From an uncultured Rickettsiales bacterium (lineage in GTDB: Bacteria; Pseudomonadota; Alphaproteobacteria; Rickettsiales; CAZAGG01), in contig CAZAGG010000004.1 in the NCBI GenBank assembly GCA_964484565.1, positions 73,246-137,245 of the forward strand: a stretch of 64,000 nucleotides of DNA. Reading direction: 5' to 3'. Made by a program: the position numbers and the translations under genes. Positions within the stretch are counted from its first letter, which is position 1. Each line of letters opens with the position of its first letter. This document shows, one piece after another, positions 36,286 to 46,249 of the stretch. The notes below the pieces were generated by a model, which saw only the letters and a list, made by a program, of their open reading frames with translations, had not been told where the DNA came from and made no database searches.

Positions 36286-37038
36286 ATGCTAAAGCAAATT
36301 ACTTTTTCTCTTGCACTCATTGCTTCAATATTTGCATCATCTATGTTAAGCGCGGCTGATGAAAAATATGTCACCAAAGATGAGGTTGGAGAGATTGTAA
36401 AAAAATATTTGATGGATAATCCTGAAGTCATCATTCAATCATTTGAATCATATCAACAAAAACAAATTGTAGAACGTCAAAACAAGGCCAAAGAAGCCCT
36501 AGATAAACGTAAGAACGATATTTATAACAACACCTCATCTCCTGTAATTGGAAATACCAAAGGCGATGTAGCTGTAGTTTATTTCTTTGATTACAACTGT
36601 GGTTTTTGTAAGAAAACATATCCAACAATTACTAAGCTGATTGAAGATGATAAGAACGTTAAAGTCATCTTGAAAGAATTTCCTATTCTTGGTCAGTCAT
36701 CTGAACTCGCTGCGAAATATGCAATCGCGGTCAACATGATAGATAAAGCGAAATATTCTGAATACCACGCTCAACTTATGAAGTTTACTGGCGAAAAAAA
36801 TGATGCGAGCCTTACAGACTTAGCCAAAAAAATTGGAATTAAAGAAGATAAACTGAAAGAAACTCTCTCTAAAAAAGAAGTGTCTGATTACATAGCCTCT
36901 ATTAGAAATCTTGCTATGGATCTTGGAATTCAAGGAACCCCTGCATTTATCGTTGGAAACGACCTAATTCCAGGTGCAGTTGATGCTGAAACACTCAAAG
37001 AGCGCGTTAAAGCGATAAGAGCTGCAACAAAAAAATAG
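36286..37038 (+). CDS. DsbA-family periplasmic thiol:disulfide oxidoreductase
   Basis: Has a signal peptide (ITFSLALIASIFASSMLSA) and the thioredoxin-fold active site FDYNCGFCKK. Confidence 0.88.
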   Translation: MLKQITFSLALIASIFASSMLSAADEKYVTKDEVGEIVKKYLMDNPEVIIQSFESYQQKQIVERQNKAKEALDKRKNDIYNNTSSPVIGNTKGDVAVVYFFDYNCGFCKKTYPTITKLIEDDKNVKVILKEFPILGQSSELAAKYAIAVNMIDKAKYSEYHAQLMKFTGEKNDASLTDLAKKIGIKEDKLKETLSKKEVSDYIASIRNLAMDLGIQGTPAFIVGNDLIPGAVDAETLKERVKAIRAATKK

Positions 37039-37141
37039 AAGCAATATTAATTCTGTGGATTGATAAAAAACTATTTACATTATCTCAAATTCATTATAAA
37101 TACCCCTCTCTTTTTGTAATTGATAATATGGGGTTTATGAG

Positions 37142-38347
37142 TTGGAAAAACAGAGTTTTAATGCAATCGCAGCATTTATTGAGAGGGAAAATCCCGCTAC
37201 TCCTTGTTTAGTTCTTGATGTTGAAGGCGTGAGAAATAAATATCGCGCGCTTAAACGGTCACTTCCAGATTCCACTTGTCACTACGCTATCAAAGCAAAT
37301 CCAGCAGAAGAAATATTAAAGGTTCTGGCCGAAGAAGGTTCTAGCTTTGATATTGCAAGCCCAAATGAACTCAAACTATGCCTAAAGGTTGGCATAGAAC
37401 CTCACAGAATTTTATATAGCAATACAATCAAAAAAGCATCTGAGATTAAAGAAGCCTATAATCTTGGAATTCGCGTCTTCGCATTTGATAGTCTTGCTGA
37501 GCTTGAAAAAATTGCAGAAAATGCACCTGAAGCAAAAGTTCTTTGCCGTATCCTCACCGAAGGTGTGGGTGCTCAGTGGCCGCTATCTCGCAAGTTTGGC
37601 TGCAATGATGCCAGCGCAATTGAACTTATGCAAAAAGCATCTGAAATGGGTCTTGTCCCTTACGGCATATCTTTCCATGTTGGCTCTCAAATGATAGTTA
37701 CTGAACCATGGGATGTTGCTATTGGAAGATGTGCAAAAATTTTCTCAGCCCTTTCTGCAAAAGGAATTGAACTGGAAGTAATAAATCTTGGCGGCGGCTT
37801 CCCTGCACGCTACCGAGAAGATATTCCATCAATTGAAGAAATCGGAGCTTATATCAGAAATTCTCTTAACAAGCATTTCGATAATAATCCTCCTAAAACT
37901 CTTGCAGAACCTGGTAGATATATGGGTGCTGAATCTGGTGCGATACTCTCAGAAGTTGTGCTTGTTTCTCGCAATCACGAAGATGACCCGCGCCGCTGGG
38001 TTTATCTTGATATTGGAAAATTTACGGGATTAGTAGAAGCCGAAGCAATTCAATACGAGATTCTTACCTCTAAAGACGGAGATGGATCAGAAAGGGAAGC
38101 AGTTGTTATCGCAGGCCCAACTTGCGACAGCATTGATATAATCTACGAACACGCAGATTATAAGCTGCCCATGAGTTTGAAATCTGGCGATAAGGTTATG
38201 ATTCTTGGAACTGGTGCATACACCACAACATATTCATCTGTGTGCTTTAATGGATTTTCTCCGCTAAACCAACATTACATTGATAGCAGAGATTACAATC
38301 AGTCCGAGAATCAAGCTCAATCAAACACATCTATGGCAGTGGCTTAA
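37142..38347 (+). CDS. ornithine/lysine decarboxylase (type III PLP, alanine-racemase fold)
   Basis: Has the PLP-Lys context HYAIKANP, NLGGGFPARY, AEPGRYM and the substrate-pocket Cys context AGPTCDSID. The start is TTG with no in-frame ATG nearby. Confidence 0.88.
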   Translation: MEKQSFNAIAAFIERENPATPCLVLDVEGVRNKYRALKRSLPDSTCHYAIKANPAEEILKVLAEEGSSFDIASPNELKLCLKVGIEPHRILYSNTIKKASEIKEAYNLGIRVFAFDSLAELEKIAENAPEAKVLCRILTEGVGAQWPLSRKFGCNDASAIELMQKASEMGLVPYGISFHVGSQMIVTEPWDVAIGRCAKIFSALSAKGIELEVINLGGGFPARYREDIPSIEEIGAYIRNSLNKHFDNNPPKTLAEPGRYMGAESGAILSEVVLVSRNHEDDPRRWVYLDIGKFTGLVEAEAIQYEILTSKDGDGSEREAVVIAGPTCDSIDIIYEHADYKLPMSLKSGDKVMILGTGAYTTTYSSVCFNGFSPLNQHYIDSRDYNQSENQAQSNTSMAVA

Positions 38348-38360
38348 AAATTTTGCAAGC

Positions 38361-38388
38361 ACAGGTGTAAGAACCTTCTTACACCTGT
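38361..38388. terminator. perfect 13-bp stem hairpin between convergent genes (putative bidirectional terminator)
   Basis: ACAGGTGTAAGAA-cc-TTCTTACACCTGT. It lies 14 nt after the decarboxylase stop at 38347 and 57 nt from the stop of the convergent TPP enzyme. There is an A/T run on the left flank (aaaaatttt) and no clean T-tract on the right. Confidence 0.6.
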
Positions 38389-38444
38389 TCTAGTCAAAGT
38401 TAAACTACGCGCGACTGGCAACTGACGACTGATTACTATAGGAC

Positions 38445-40097
38445 TTACCCATTATCTCTTAGTTTTTTGAGGCCGCCAGCTAGTCTTCTGAGTGGTCTGC
38501 TTGAATCTTCACGTGGAATGATGACTTCGATGAATGTCATTTCATCATTCTTTTTTGCATCATTTAGTGCTGAGTCTAACTCTCCTAGTGTTTTAACTCT
38601 GATGCTTTTTCCTTTACCGAAGACTTTTGTTACTGCCGTATAATCCCATTGCAGAATATTATTAAAAGGCCCGTCTATAATGTGACGTTGCGTTCCATAT
38701 CCATCATTATTTAGCAAGCAAACTATTGGTTTCATTCCATTTTTAATGGCTGTTGACAGCTCCATTCCTGTCATTTGAAATGCGCCGTCTCCAACAATCA
38801 CAAAAGTTCTCGATGAAGGATTCGCCGCCATAACCCCGATAGATGCTGGAACTCCAAAGCCCATAGACAGATAGTAAGCATCTGATATAAAGTTGCTGCT
38901 TTTAGTGGTTCTAACATTAATTGCTCCCAAGAGAGAATCTCCTGTATCACAAACTATTGTATCCCCATCATCAATATGACCTGATAAAACGCTAAAGAAG
39001 CTCTCCGATGCAAGAGGTGTTGCCTTATCCGAATCAGATAAAACCTTTGGATTCGGAGCTGCAATCGGGTTTTTGAAATCCCCTCTTCTTTGCACGCCAG
39101 AGTTTTTTATGCCGTTTAGGAAGTCTTCAAAAACCACTTCTTCATAATGATGATATCCAACCCTTGCGGTTTCAGTAGTTACCATAATCGAATTTTTTCT
39201 AGTTAACTCAGATGTATTAAGCCCAAGCAAAACATCGGTTAAGAATGTTCCAAGCATTATCACGCAATCACTCGTATCAACATATTCCTGAGTTTCTGGC
39301 TCTGATATTGCGCCACTGTAGACCCCAATATATAACGGGTGTGTCTCAGAAATAACGCTCTTACTAAGCAGTGTTGAAGCTATTGGAATATTAAATTTCT
39401 CTGCAATTTCAAGAGCGTGATGAGTAAGACCATGTCTGTGCAGCTCAACATCAGCAAGTATGACTGGCTTTTTCGAGCGATTAATGAACTCAACTGCCTC
39501 AAGCAAACATTCACGCAAAGATTCCTCATCACTTACTGGTTTTTCTTTCTCCTTTTCTTCAGGAATCGCAACCATCATATCAACTAAATCAAAAGGAATT
39601 TCGATATAACCCGGTCTGCAATTTTCAAGCACAGCATCAACAACACGCATAATCTCAGATGCCGCCGTTTCTGGATCACTAAGAACAGTATTCGCACACG
39701 TTACTTCTTCAAAAACTCTGCGCTGCGTGTCAAAGGTTTTGACCTTGTGGTGAAGCAAAGGATCTTTCTTCCTATCCATTGCAGAAGGACCACCTGATAT
39801 TACCAAAACAGGGCTTTTTTCCGCATAAGCGCAAGCAATTGAATTAAGCATGTTAAGGCCGCCTACACAATATGTTACAACTGCAACGCCAAGCCCGTGA
39901 ATTCTTGCATATCCATCAGCTGCAAATCCAACGGAAGGCTCGTGTGTAAGCGTTATCAAATCTAGCTTCGATTTATCAAGCCATCTAAAGGTTGGTAAGG
40001 CGAAATCACCTGGTATTCCAAAGGCATGTCTAACGCCCTTTTTATAAAGATATTCAAATATAAACTCGCCTAATATTTGCTGCTTCTTTGCACTCAT
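38445..40097 (-). CDS. thiamine-diphosphate-dependent 2-keto-acid decarboxylase (indolepyruvate/phenylpyruvate/pyruvate decarboxylase family)
   Basis: 550 aa. It has the N-terminal FGIPGDFALP and the TPP motif GDGAFQMTGMELSTAIKNGMKPIVCLLNNDGYG. Confidence 0.85.
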   Translation of the reverse strand: MSAKKQQILGEFIFEYLYKKGVRHAFGIPGDFALPTFRWLDKSKLDLITLTHEPSVGFAADGYARIHGLGVAVVTYCVGGLNMLNSIACAYAEKSPVLVISGGPSAMDRKKDPLLHHKVKTFDTQRRVFEEVTCANTVLSDPETAASEIMRVVDAVLENCRPGYIEIPFDLVDMMVAIPEEKEKEKPVSDEESLRECLLEAVEFINRSKKPVILADVELHRHGLTHHALEIAEKFNIPIASTLLSKSVISETHPLYIGVYSGAISEPETQEYVDTSDCVIMLGTFLTDVLLGLNTSELTRKNSIMVTTETARVGYHHYEEVVFEDFLNGIKNSGVQRRGDFKNPIAAPNPKVLSDSDKATPLASESFFSVLSGHIDDGDTIVCDTGDSLLGAINVRTTKSSNFISDAYYLSMGFGVPASIGVMAANPSSRTFVIVGDGAFQMTGMELSTAIKNGMKPIVCLLNNDGYGTQRHIIDGPFNNILQWDYTAVTKVFGKGKSIRVKTLGELDSALNDAKKNDEMTFIEVIIPREDSSRPLRRLAGGLKKLRDNG

Positions 40098-40143
40098 TAT
40101 AAATACCTGTTGTTAGTTGTTTTTGTTTTATTTTATTTAGAAA

Positions 40144-40956
40144 TTATCTTGCATCTTTCCATGCAGTTCTTAGCTCTTCAGATAAATTACCAAAATAGTA
40201 GGACTGCATAGGAATTTTGAACTCAGAATTTGAACCAGATTTTTGATAAACAATGTATAGTAAGAAATTTCTTCCTGCGCCAAAGTTTTTTACAAAAGAC
40301 AAAACATCTTCTCTTTTTTGGAAGTGCATGAAGTTAAATGGATTATATTCAAAGGCAGTAAGTTGCAGGATCTTATAGCCATTTGCCATCGCAAGATCCA
40401 TGTAAAATGTAGGCTGGAAGTTATAAAATCCATGATCTACCCAACCAGTAAATGGAAGGCCATGTATCATAATCCCATTCGGAGCCGTTATATCATGCAC
40501 ATTTTTAAAAAACTGATATACATTAAATACATGCTCTGCGGTTCCCGAGTCTACAACAATGTCAAACTGTTCAGTAAACTTAGATGAAACATCATGATTC
40601 ATGTCATATTGCAGACCATTTGGAGAGTGAAAATCAATTGCTAAATGCTCTTTAGGTTCGAGAATAGAATCATAAAATATTCTGCATATCTCAAATGTCT
40701 CGTTTAAAAGCTCTTTTCCTTCACTTTTTGCTTGCTCAATTAAGGCTTCAATTTCATTAAGTCTTTTGATTTTAGCAAGGGCTTTTTCAGGATTTTCTTT
40801 CAAAAAAGTATTGCCGATTTCTTCTTTAAGCGTTTCAACTGGAATGTCAAAATACCAGTTTGACTCACCTATCTCAAGAAGCCTGCCTCCCCTTTTGAGA
40901 ACACCCAGTCTTGATAAATCGGTTATAAGGCAATACTCAGCAATGGTTATTGCCAT
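40144..40956 (-). CDS. putative class I SAM-dependent methyltransferase-like protein
   Basis: Has GRLLEIGESNW (a degenerate motif I), FDIVVDSGTAEHVFN and APNGIMIHGLPF, resembling the Methyltransf_23 layout. It starts 4 nt downstream of the mtnP-like gene. Confidence 0.5.
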   Translation of the reverse strand: MAITIAEYCLITDLSRLGVLKRGGRLLEIGESNWYFDIPVETLKEEIGNTFLKENPEKALAKIKRLNEIEALIEQAKSEGKELLNETFEICRIFYDSILEPKEHLAIDFHSPNGLQYDMNHDVSSKFTEQFDIVVDSGTAEHVFNVYQFFKNVHDITAPNGIMIHGLPFTGWVDHGFYNFQPTFYMDLAMANGYKILQLTAFEYNPFNFMHFQKREDVLSFVKNFGAGRNFLLYIVYQKSGSNSEFKIPMQSYYFGNLSEELRTAWKDAR

Positions 40957-40960
40957 AAAT

Positions 40961-41827
40961 TCACATCACCCTACCAGCAACTACCCAGAGTTTTTCAACT
41001 GTCTCTGCATCTCTAACAGAAGGAGCTGTAACAACCGCATTATCAAGAGCATTATTACAACCAACATTGCAAAACTCAGGCCTTGCATTCATTTTAGGAA
41101 TCGCTCTGGCAATTAGTGCCCTAGCCTTATCGGCATTTTCGTTTAGAACTTTAATTACGGCCTCAACGTTTACATGGCCATGATCTTCATGCCAACAATC
41201 GAAGTCTGTAACCATTGCAACTGTTGCATAACACATTTCGGCTTCTCTTGCGAGTTTTGCTTCTGGCATGTTCGTCATACCGATAACATCGCACCCCCAC
41301 TGTCTATATAGCTTAGATTCGGCTTTAGTTGAAAATTGAGGCCCCTCCATCACTAGATAAGTTCCGCCTCTGGCAACCTTTATGCCTTCTTCTTTTGCTG
41401 ATTCTTCTAGAATATCTCCAAGTCTTGAGCAAACTGGCTCTGCCATAGAAACATGTGCAACCATTCCATTCTCAAAGAAAGACTTTTCTCTTGCGAAAGT
41501 TCTATCAATAAATTGATCCACTATTACGAATGTTCCTGGTTCAAGTTTTTCATTAAGAGAACCAACGGCACTGACAGATATAATATCAGTAACACCGTTT
41601 TGCTTGAACGCATGAATATTCGCTCGATAATTTATTCCACTTGGGGTTAGCCTGTGCCCCCTACCATGTCTTGGCATGAAGTAAACTGGAACTTCAGAAA
41701 GCTCACCCATACACAAATCATCTGAGGTTAACCCAAACGGCGTATGAATCTTATCCCACTTTACCTTCTCAAGTCCTGGAATGTCGTAAAGGCCACTTCC
41801 ACCTAAAATTCCGACTTTAGTGTTCAT
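40961..41827 (-). CDS. mtnP: S-methyl-5'-thioadenosine phosphorylase
   Basis: Has VGILGGSGLYD, FMPRHGRGHRLTPS and GMTNMPEAKLAREAE. 288 aa. Confidence 0.9.
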   Translation of the reverse strand: MNTKVGILGGSGLYDIPGLEKVKWDKIHTPFGLTSDDLCMGELSEVPVYFMPRHGRGHRLTPSGINYRANIHAFKQNGVTDIISVSAVGSLNEKLEPGTFVIVDQFIDRTFAREKSFFENGMVAHVSMAEPVCSRLGDILEESAKEEGIKVARGGTYLVMEGPQFSTKAESKLYRQWGCDVIGMTNMPEAKLAREAEMCYATVAMVTDFDCWHEDHGHVNVEAVIKVLNENADKARALIARAIPKMNARPEFCNVGCNNALDNAVVTAPSVRDAETVEKLWVVAGRVM

Positions 41828-41844
41828 TTGCAGTTTGCTTTCTA

Positions 41845-42507
41845 CTAAAATCTAAACTTTACGCCAGCTTCGAAATTGTGAGAACCATATTCATATTCAA
41901 TTTTGTTACCTGCACCAGCTTCTAACTCTAGGTCATCGGTTGCAAAATATTTATATCCCACTGAAAGAACAGTGTGTCTCAACATTTTAGGCTCATATGA
42001 AAGACCTGCCATAAGCTGCCAAGCAATAGCGTTATCGCTATCATCTGTATTGCCAAATGCTGCACTTGGAAAGTCAACTTCAGCCCAGCCAAAACCAGCA
42101 CCCAAATATGGTACAACCTTTGTTCCAGTAGCAATGTCATAATACACATTTGCCATATAGGCAGTCGAGCTTACATCATCTGTTCCTGTAACAGAAACAC
42201 CACCAGATGTATATTTATCAACATCAGCTTCTCTGTGTGCAATTTCGGCTTCTAGTCTCAAACCTGGTAAATCTGTGAAAGAAGGCAAATATCCAACTAC
42301 CGCTCCAATACCATATCCAGCATCATAGGAGGCATCGCTGCTTCCGCCATTAAAGCTAATATCAGAATCATTCATCAAGTTTAAAGAGCCGTTGAAGCCA
42401 ACATACCACTTTGGCCACTCTCCATATGAGGAGGCTTCGGCTTTCGGCGCATAAACAGCAACCAATGCAGCAGCACAAAGAGCCAATTTCCCAACCAGTT
42501 TAGTCAT
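41845..42507 (-). CDS. outer-membrane beta-barrel protein (OMP_b-brl / Omp25-like)
   Basis: Has the signal peptide MTKLVGKLALCAAALVAVYAPKAEA, alternating aromatic and Gly-rich strands, and a C-terminal GVKFRF ending in Phe. ATG 42507 is preceded by GGGGAG. The longer start at 42591 adds a non-signal extension. Confidence 0.82.
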   Translation of the reverse strand: MTKLVGKLALCAAALVAVYAPKAEASSYGEWPKWYVGFNGSLNLMNDSDISFNGGSSDASYDAGYGIGAVVGYLPSFTDLPGLRLEAEIAHREADVDKYTSGGVSVTGTDDVSSTAYMANVYYDIATGTKVVPYLGAGFGWAEVDFPSAAFGNTDDSDNAIAWQLMAGLSYEPKMLRHTVLSVGYKYFATDDLELEAGAGNKIEYEYGSHNFEAGVKFRF

Positions 42508-42591
42508 ATAAACTCCCCTAAAATTTATAATTAAATCTACTTTGCAATATGGATATTCTGAGCAACCCACAAAGTCAAACCAATATTTCAT

Positions 42592-43158
42592 TTAGATTTT
42601 GCTGGAAATTATCTCTTGAATAATATCAGGATTAATTGGCCCTCGATATCGAGATATTATCTTGCCGTTTTTTATCACAAATGTTTCTGGCGTTCCTGTT
42701 AGGCCGAAGTTAATTGCAACCCTTCCGTTTACATCAACACCATATTTCTTATATGAGTTTCCATGTTTTTCGAGCCATTTACTAACTCTATCTGGCATAT
42801 CTTGCGTTGCGATTCCGTAAACAGGAATTTTATGTTGAGTCGAAAGAGATTTTATAAACTCATGCTCCGCAAGGCAAGGCACGCACCAAGATGCAAAAAA
42901 GTTTATTACCGCAAAATTTTCTTTAGCAATATCTTTTGAGCTAAAATCACCTAGTTCAAAATTTGGTATATCTTCACCAACTAGAGCGTTAACATCGAAA
43001 CTATCAACCTTTGAGCCTGAATCTTTTCTTAAATTCAACGAAATCAGCAGAGTTAATGACAGGATAATAAAAACAGCAAGTGGAACGAAAGTTGATAATC
43101 TAAAGGTTTTCTTGTTATTTGTATTATTTACATAATTCTCATCAGACATCGGCTGCAA
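42592..43158 (-). CDS. ccmG: thiol:disulfide interchange protein DsbE/CcmG (cytochrome c maturation)
   Basis: Has a TM anchor followed by INFFASWCVPCLAEH and GTPETFVI. The start is ambiguous (43158 or 43149), and both overlap the ispH 3' end. Confidence 0.82.
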   Translation of the reverse strand: MQPMSDENYVNNTNNKKTFRLSTFVPLAVFIILSLTLLISLNLRKDSGSKVDSFDVNALVGEDIPNFELGDFSSKDIAKENFAVINFFASWCVPCLAEHEFIKSLSTQHKIPVYGIATQDMPDRVSKWLEKHGNSYKKYGVDVNGRVAINFGLTGTPETFVIKNGKIISRYRGPINPDIIQEIISSKI

Positions 43159-44098
43159 CTCTTGGTTCTATTTCTATCGGCAAGCGGAATTTAACGTTTT
43201 CTATAACTCCAGAATGCAGAGTAACCTTAACACTTCCGCATAACTGTTCAATCTTTTTGATTACCTCTTCCACCAGAATTTCAGGAGCCGATGCACCAGC
43301 AGTTAAACCAACCTTTTTCTTTCCATCAAGCCATTTCTTATCAAGCTCTGAGGCGTCATTGATTAAGTATGACTCTATTCCCCTTTCTTTGCCCAAGTCT
43401 CTTAATCTGTTGGAATTTGAGCTATTTGGCGCACCAATTACCAACAAAATATCAATATTATGATTAGATAAATCCTTTACTGCATTTTGCCTATTTTGCG
43501 TGGCGTAACAAATATCTTTTAAATCGGGGCCTTCAACCTTTGGAAATCTTTCTTTAATTGCATCGATTATATGTTTTGTATCATCAACACTAAGTGTAGT
43601 TTGCGTAACATAAGCAAGTTTATCTGGATTTTTTACACTTAAGGTTGCCACATCTTCTCTTGATGAAACAAGATAGACGGGATTATTTACTCTTCCGCTT
43701 GTTCCTTCAACTTCTGGATGCCCCGCATGGCCAATAAGAATAATCTCATGGCCTTCTTTCTCATAACGTTTTGCCTGATTATGAACTTTTGTAACTAGCG
43801 GACAAGTAGCATCAATTACATCAAGCCCTCTTGCTTTTGCATCTGTTTCGACTTTCTCTGAAACTCCATGAGCACTAAATATTGCAACCTTACCTTCAGG
43901 AATCTGATCAGTTTCTTTTACAAACACAGCTCCTTTGGCCTTAAGATCTTCAATCACTCTTTTATTATGAACGATTTCATGTCGAACGTAAACTGGCGCA
44001 CCATATTTAGCGATTGCCTTTTCAACAATCTCTATTGCTCTTTCAACGCCTGCACAAAAGCCTCTTGGTTCTGCTAATATGATTTCTATCATTGGCAA
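43142..44098 (-). CDS. ispH: 4-hydroxy-3-methylbut-2-enyl diphosphate reductase
   Basis: Has LAEPRGFCAGVERAI, FSAHGVS and DATCPLVTKVH, the three Fe-S Cys contexts. Confidence 0.95.
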   Translation of the reverse strand: MPMIEIILAEPRGFCAGVERAIEIVEKAIAKYGAPVYVRHEIVHNKRVIEDLKAKGAVFVKETDQIPEGKVAIFSAHGVSEKVETDAKARGLDVIDATCPLVTKVHNQAKRYEKEGHEIILIGHAGHPEVEGTSGRVNNPVYLVSSREDVATLSVKNPDKLAYVTQTTLSVDDTKHIIDAIKERFPKVEGPDLKDICYATQNRQNAVKDLSNHNIDILLVIGAPNSSNSNRLRDLGKERGIESYLINDASELDKKWLDGKKKVGLTAGASAPEILVEEVIKKIEQLCGSVKVTLHSGVIENVKFRLPIEIEPRVAADV

Positions 44099-44111
44099 TA
44101 TCTCTTGTTAT

Positions 44112-45557
44112 TTACTTATCAGCTCTTCCATATACATCGTCAAAGCGTTCAATATCGTCTTCTCCCAGATAGCTACCAGTTTGCACCTCGATGATATTAA
44201 GCTCTCTGTCTAACTCTTTATTTTCAAGTCTATGAATTGTTCCTGCTGGAATATAGGTCGATTCATTTTCGTTTAAGGTAATTTCTTTATCGCCGTTAAT
44301 AACAGTTGCTCTGCCGTTTACAACAATCCAGTGTTCTGAACGTTTAGCATGTTTTTGCAATGATATTTTCGCGCCAGCTTTGATTGTAAGCCTTTTAACC
44401 TGATAACCGACTCCAACATCAATACTTTGAAAGCTGCCCCAAGGACGATTTGAATATGAATGAGATTCGACTTCTGGCATTTTAGCTTTCTTCATTTTAT
44501 CGAGAAGTTTTTTTATGTCCTGCATTTTATCACGATTGCCAACCATTATAGCGTTATCTGACGAAATAATAACCAGATCTTTCACGCCAACCGCACCAAT
44601 AAGGTTTTTATCAGATCGAATAAGAGTATTTTCAACATCCTCAATAACCACCCTGCCCTCAAGATGATTATTTAGAGAATCTTTCTCCGCTATCTCCCAT
44701 ATTGAGTTCCATGAGCCAAGATCAGACCAATCCATATCAACAGGAACAACCACCGCATCGGCAGTTTTCTCCATCACCGCATAGTCTATGGAAATTGAAG
44801 GAGAATCCATAAATGATTCTTCTTCTGGTCTAATAAAATCAGCATCAACACTTGCAGATGACATCGAAACATTTGCCGCCCTAAAAACTCCAGCTTCAAA
44901 TTTCTCAAGCTCTGCAAGATATTTCGAGGCTTTGAAGAGGAAAATTCCGCTATTCCATGTATATTCGCCACTTTCAACGTAGTTCTTTGCAGTCTGAACA
45001 TCTGGTTTTTCAACGAATTTCTCTACTGAGAAACAGCCATCCGCAATTTTACTTCCGCTCTTTATATATCCATAGCCTGTTTCAGGGGTTTTCGCCTTGA
45101 TTCCGAAAGTAACGAGCTTGCCATCTCTTGCCTGTGCGGCTCCAATTTTAATTGCCTGATAGAATGCATCTCTATTTCTGATGATATGGTCAGATGGCAT
45201 AACCAACATAATATCATCATCAGCTTTGTTTTTTATTATATTAATTGCAGCAAGCGCGATTGCAATTGCAGTATTTTTTCTTGCTGGTTCAAGAATTATC
45301 GACTGCGGCTTTACACCTGCAAGCCTTACTTGTTCTGCGGTTATAAACCTGTGCTCATCACTGCCAACTATAACTGGGTTAAAGAAGCTATCTTCATCAG
45401 AAACCCTAACAACACACTCTTGTAGCAAGGTTTTTTCATTTTCCGCAAATGATATAAATTGCTTAGGATAATTCACTCTTGATAAAGGCCATAAACGCTC
45501 ACCGACTCCACCAGCAAGAATTACTGGAGTAATTTTCATATTGTTTAGTAAACTCAA
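44112..45557 (-). CDS. manC: mannose-1-phosphate guanylyltransferase / mannose-6-phosphate isomerase (type II PMI)
   Basis: Has PVILAGGVGERLWPLSR at the N-terminus and a C-terminal cupin (RPWGSF..VKRLTIKAGAKISLQKHAKRSEHWIVV..IPAGTIHRLEN). 481 aa. Confidence 0.9.
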   Translation of the reverse strand: MSLLNNMKITPVILAGGVGERLWPLSRVNYPKQFISFAENEKTLLQECVVRVSDEDSFFNPVIVGSDEHRFITAEQVRLAGVKPQSIILEPARKNTAIAIALAAINIIKNKADDDIMLVMPSDHIIRNRDAFYQAIKIGAAQARDGKLVTFGIKAKTPETGYGYIKSGSKIADGCFSVEKFVEKPDVQTAKNYVESGEYTWNSGIFLFKASKYLAELEKFEAGVFRAANVSMSSASVDADFIRPEEESFMDSPSISIDYAVMEKTADAVVVPVDMDWSDLGSWNSIWEIAEKDSLNNHLEGRVVIEDVENTLIRSDKNLIGAVGVKDLVIISSDNAIMVGNRDKMQDIKKLLDKMKKAKMPEVESHSYSNRPWGSFQSIDVGVGYQVKRLTIKAGAKISLQKHAKRSEHWIVVNGRATVINGDKEITLNENESTYIPAGTIHRLENKELDRELNIIEVQTGSYLGEDDIERFDDVYGRADK

Positions 45558-45559
45558 TT

Positions 45560-46177
45560 TTAATCTCCGCTTTGTGTTATTATGGTTCTTCTACCATCAA
45601 TTGCAAGCCTGCCTTCTGCTATATACCTAACTGCAATTGGATAAATCTTATGTTCCTGCTCTAAAATTCTAGCACTCAAGTCTGCCTCGCTATCACCATC
45701 TAATACGGGAACGGTTGCTTGTAATATTATAGACCCTTCATCCATCTCGGTTGTTACGAAATGCACTGTGCAACCTGCAACTTTGCATCCATATTCGAGT
45801 GCCTGTTTTTGTGCATCAAGCCCCTTAAATGAAGGTAAAAGCGATGGATGGATATTAATCATCCTCCCCGCCCATTCATTAACGAGTGACGGCGTCAAGA
45901 TCCTCATGAATCCAGCTAAACAAACAAGATCTACATTATTATCTTTGAGTATTCTATCTATCTCTTTATCAAATGCTTCTCTTGATTCATAATCTCTGTG
46001 GTTAATTACTGCTGTTTTGATTCCAGCATTTTTTGCTCTCTCAAGAGCGTAAGCATCTGCTTTGTTAGATATAACAACAGAAATTTTTGCAGGAAAATCA
46101 TCGCGTGCAGCATCAATCAGAGCTTGAAGATTAGAGCCTCTGCCAGAAACTAACACACCAACGTTAATTTTTGCCAT
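45560..46177 (-). CDS. purN: phosphoribosylglycinamide formyltransferase
   Basis: Has VLVSGRGSNLQALIDA, NIHPSLLPSFKG and VHFVTTEMDEG. Confidence 0.94.
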   Translation of the reverse strand: MAKINVGVLVSGRGSNLQALIDAARDDFPAKISVVISNKADAYALERAKNAGIKTAVINHRDYESREAFDKEIDRILKDNNVDLVCLAGFMRILTPSLVNEWAGRMINIHPSLLPSFKGLDAQKQALEYGCKVAGCTVHFVTTEMDEGSIILQATVPVLDGDSEADLSARILEQEHKIYPIAVRYIAEGRLAIDGRRTIITQSGD

Positions 46178-46249
46178 AAAATACTACACAATATAATAAT
46201 TTTATGGCTATTAAGCACATGTTAAAGAAATGTGCAATCTGAACAATCG

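Noticed and set aside
42508-42591. 28-aa extension of the outer-membrane protein ORF (MKYWFDFVGCSEYPYCKV..).
   Set aside because: The internal ATG at 42507 is preceded by GGGGAG and begins a textbook signal peptide. The extension would bury that signal peptide.
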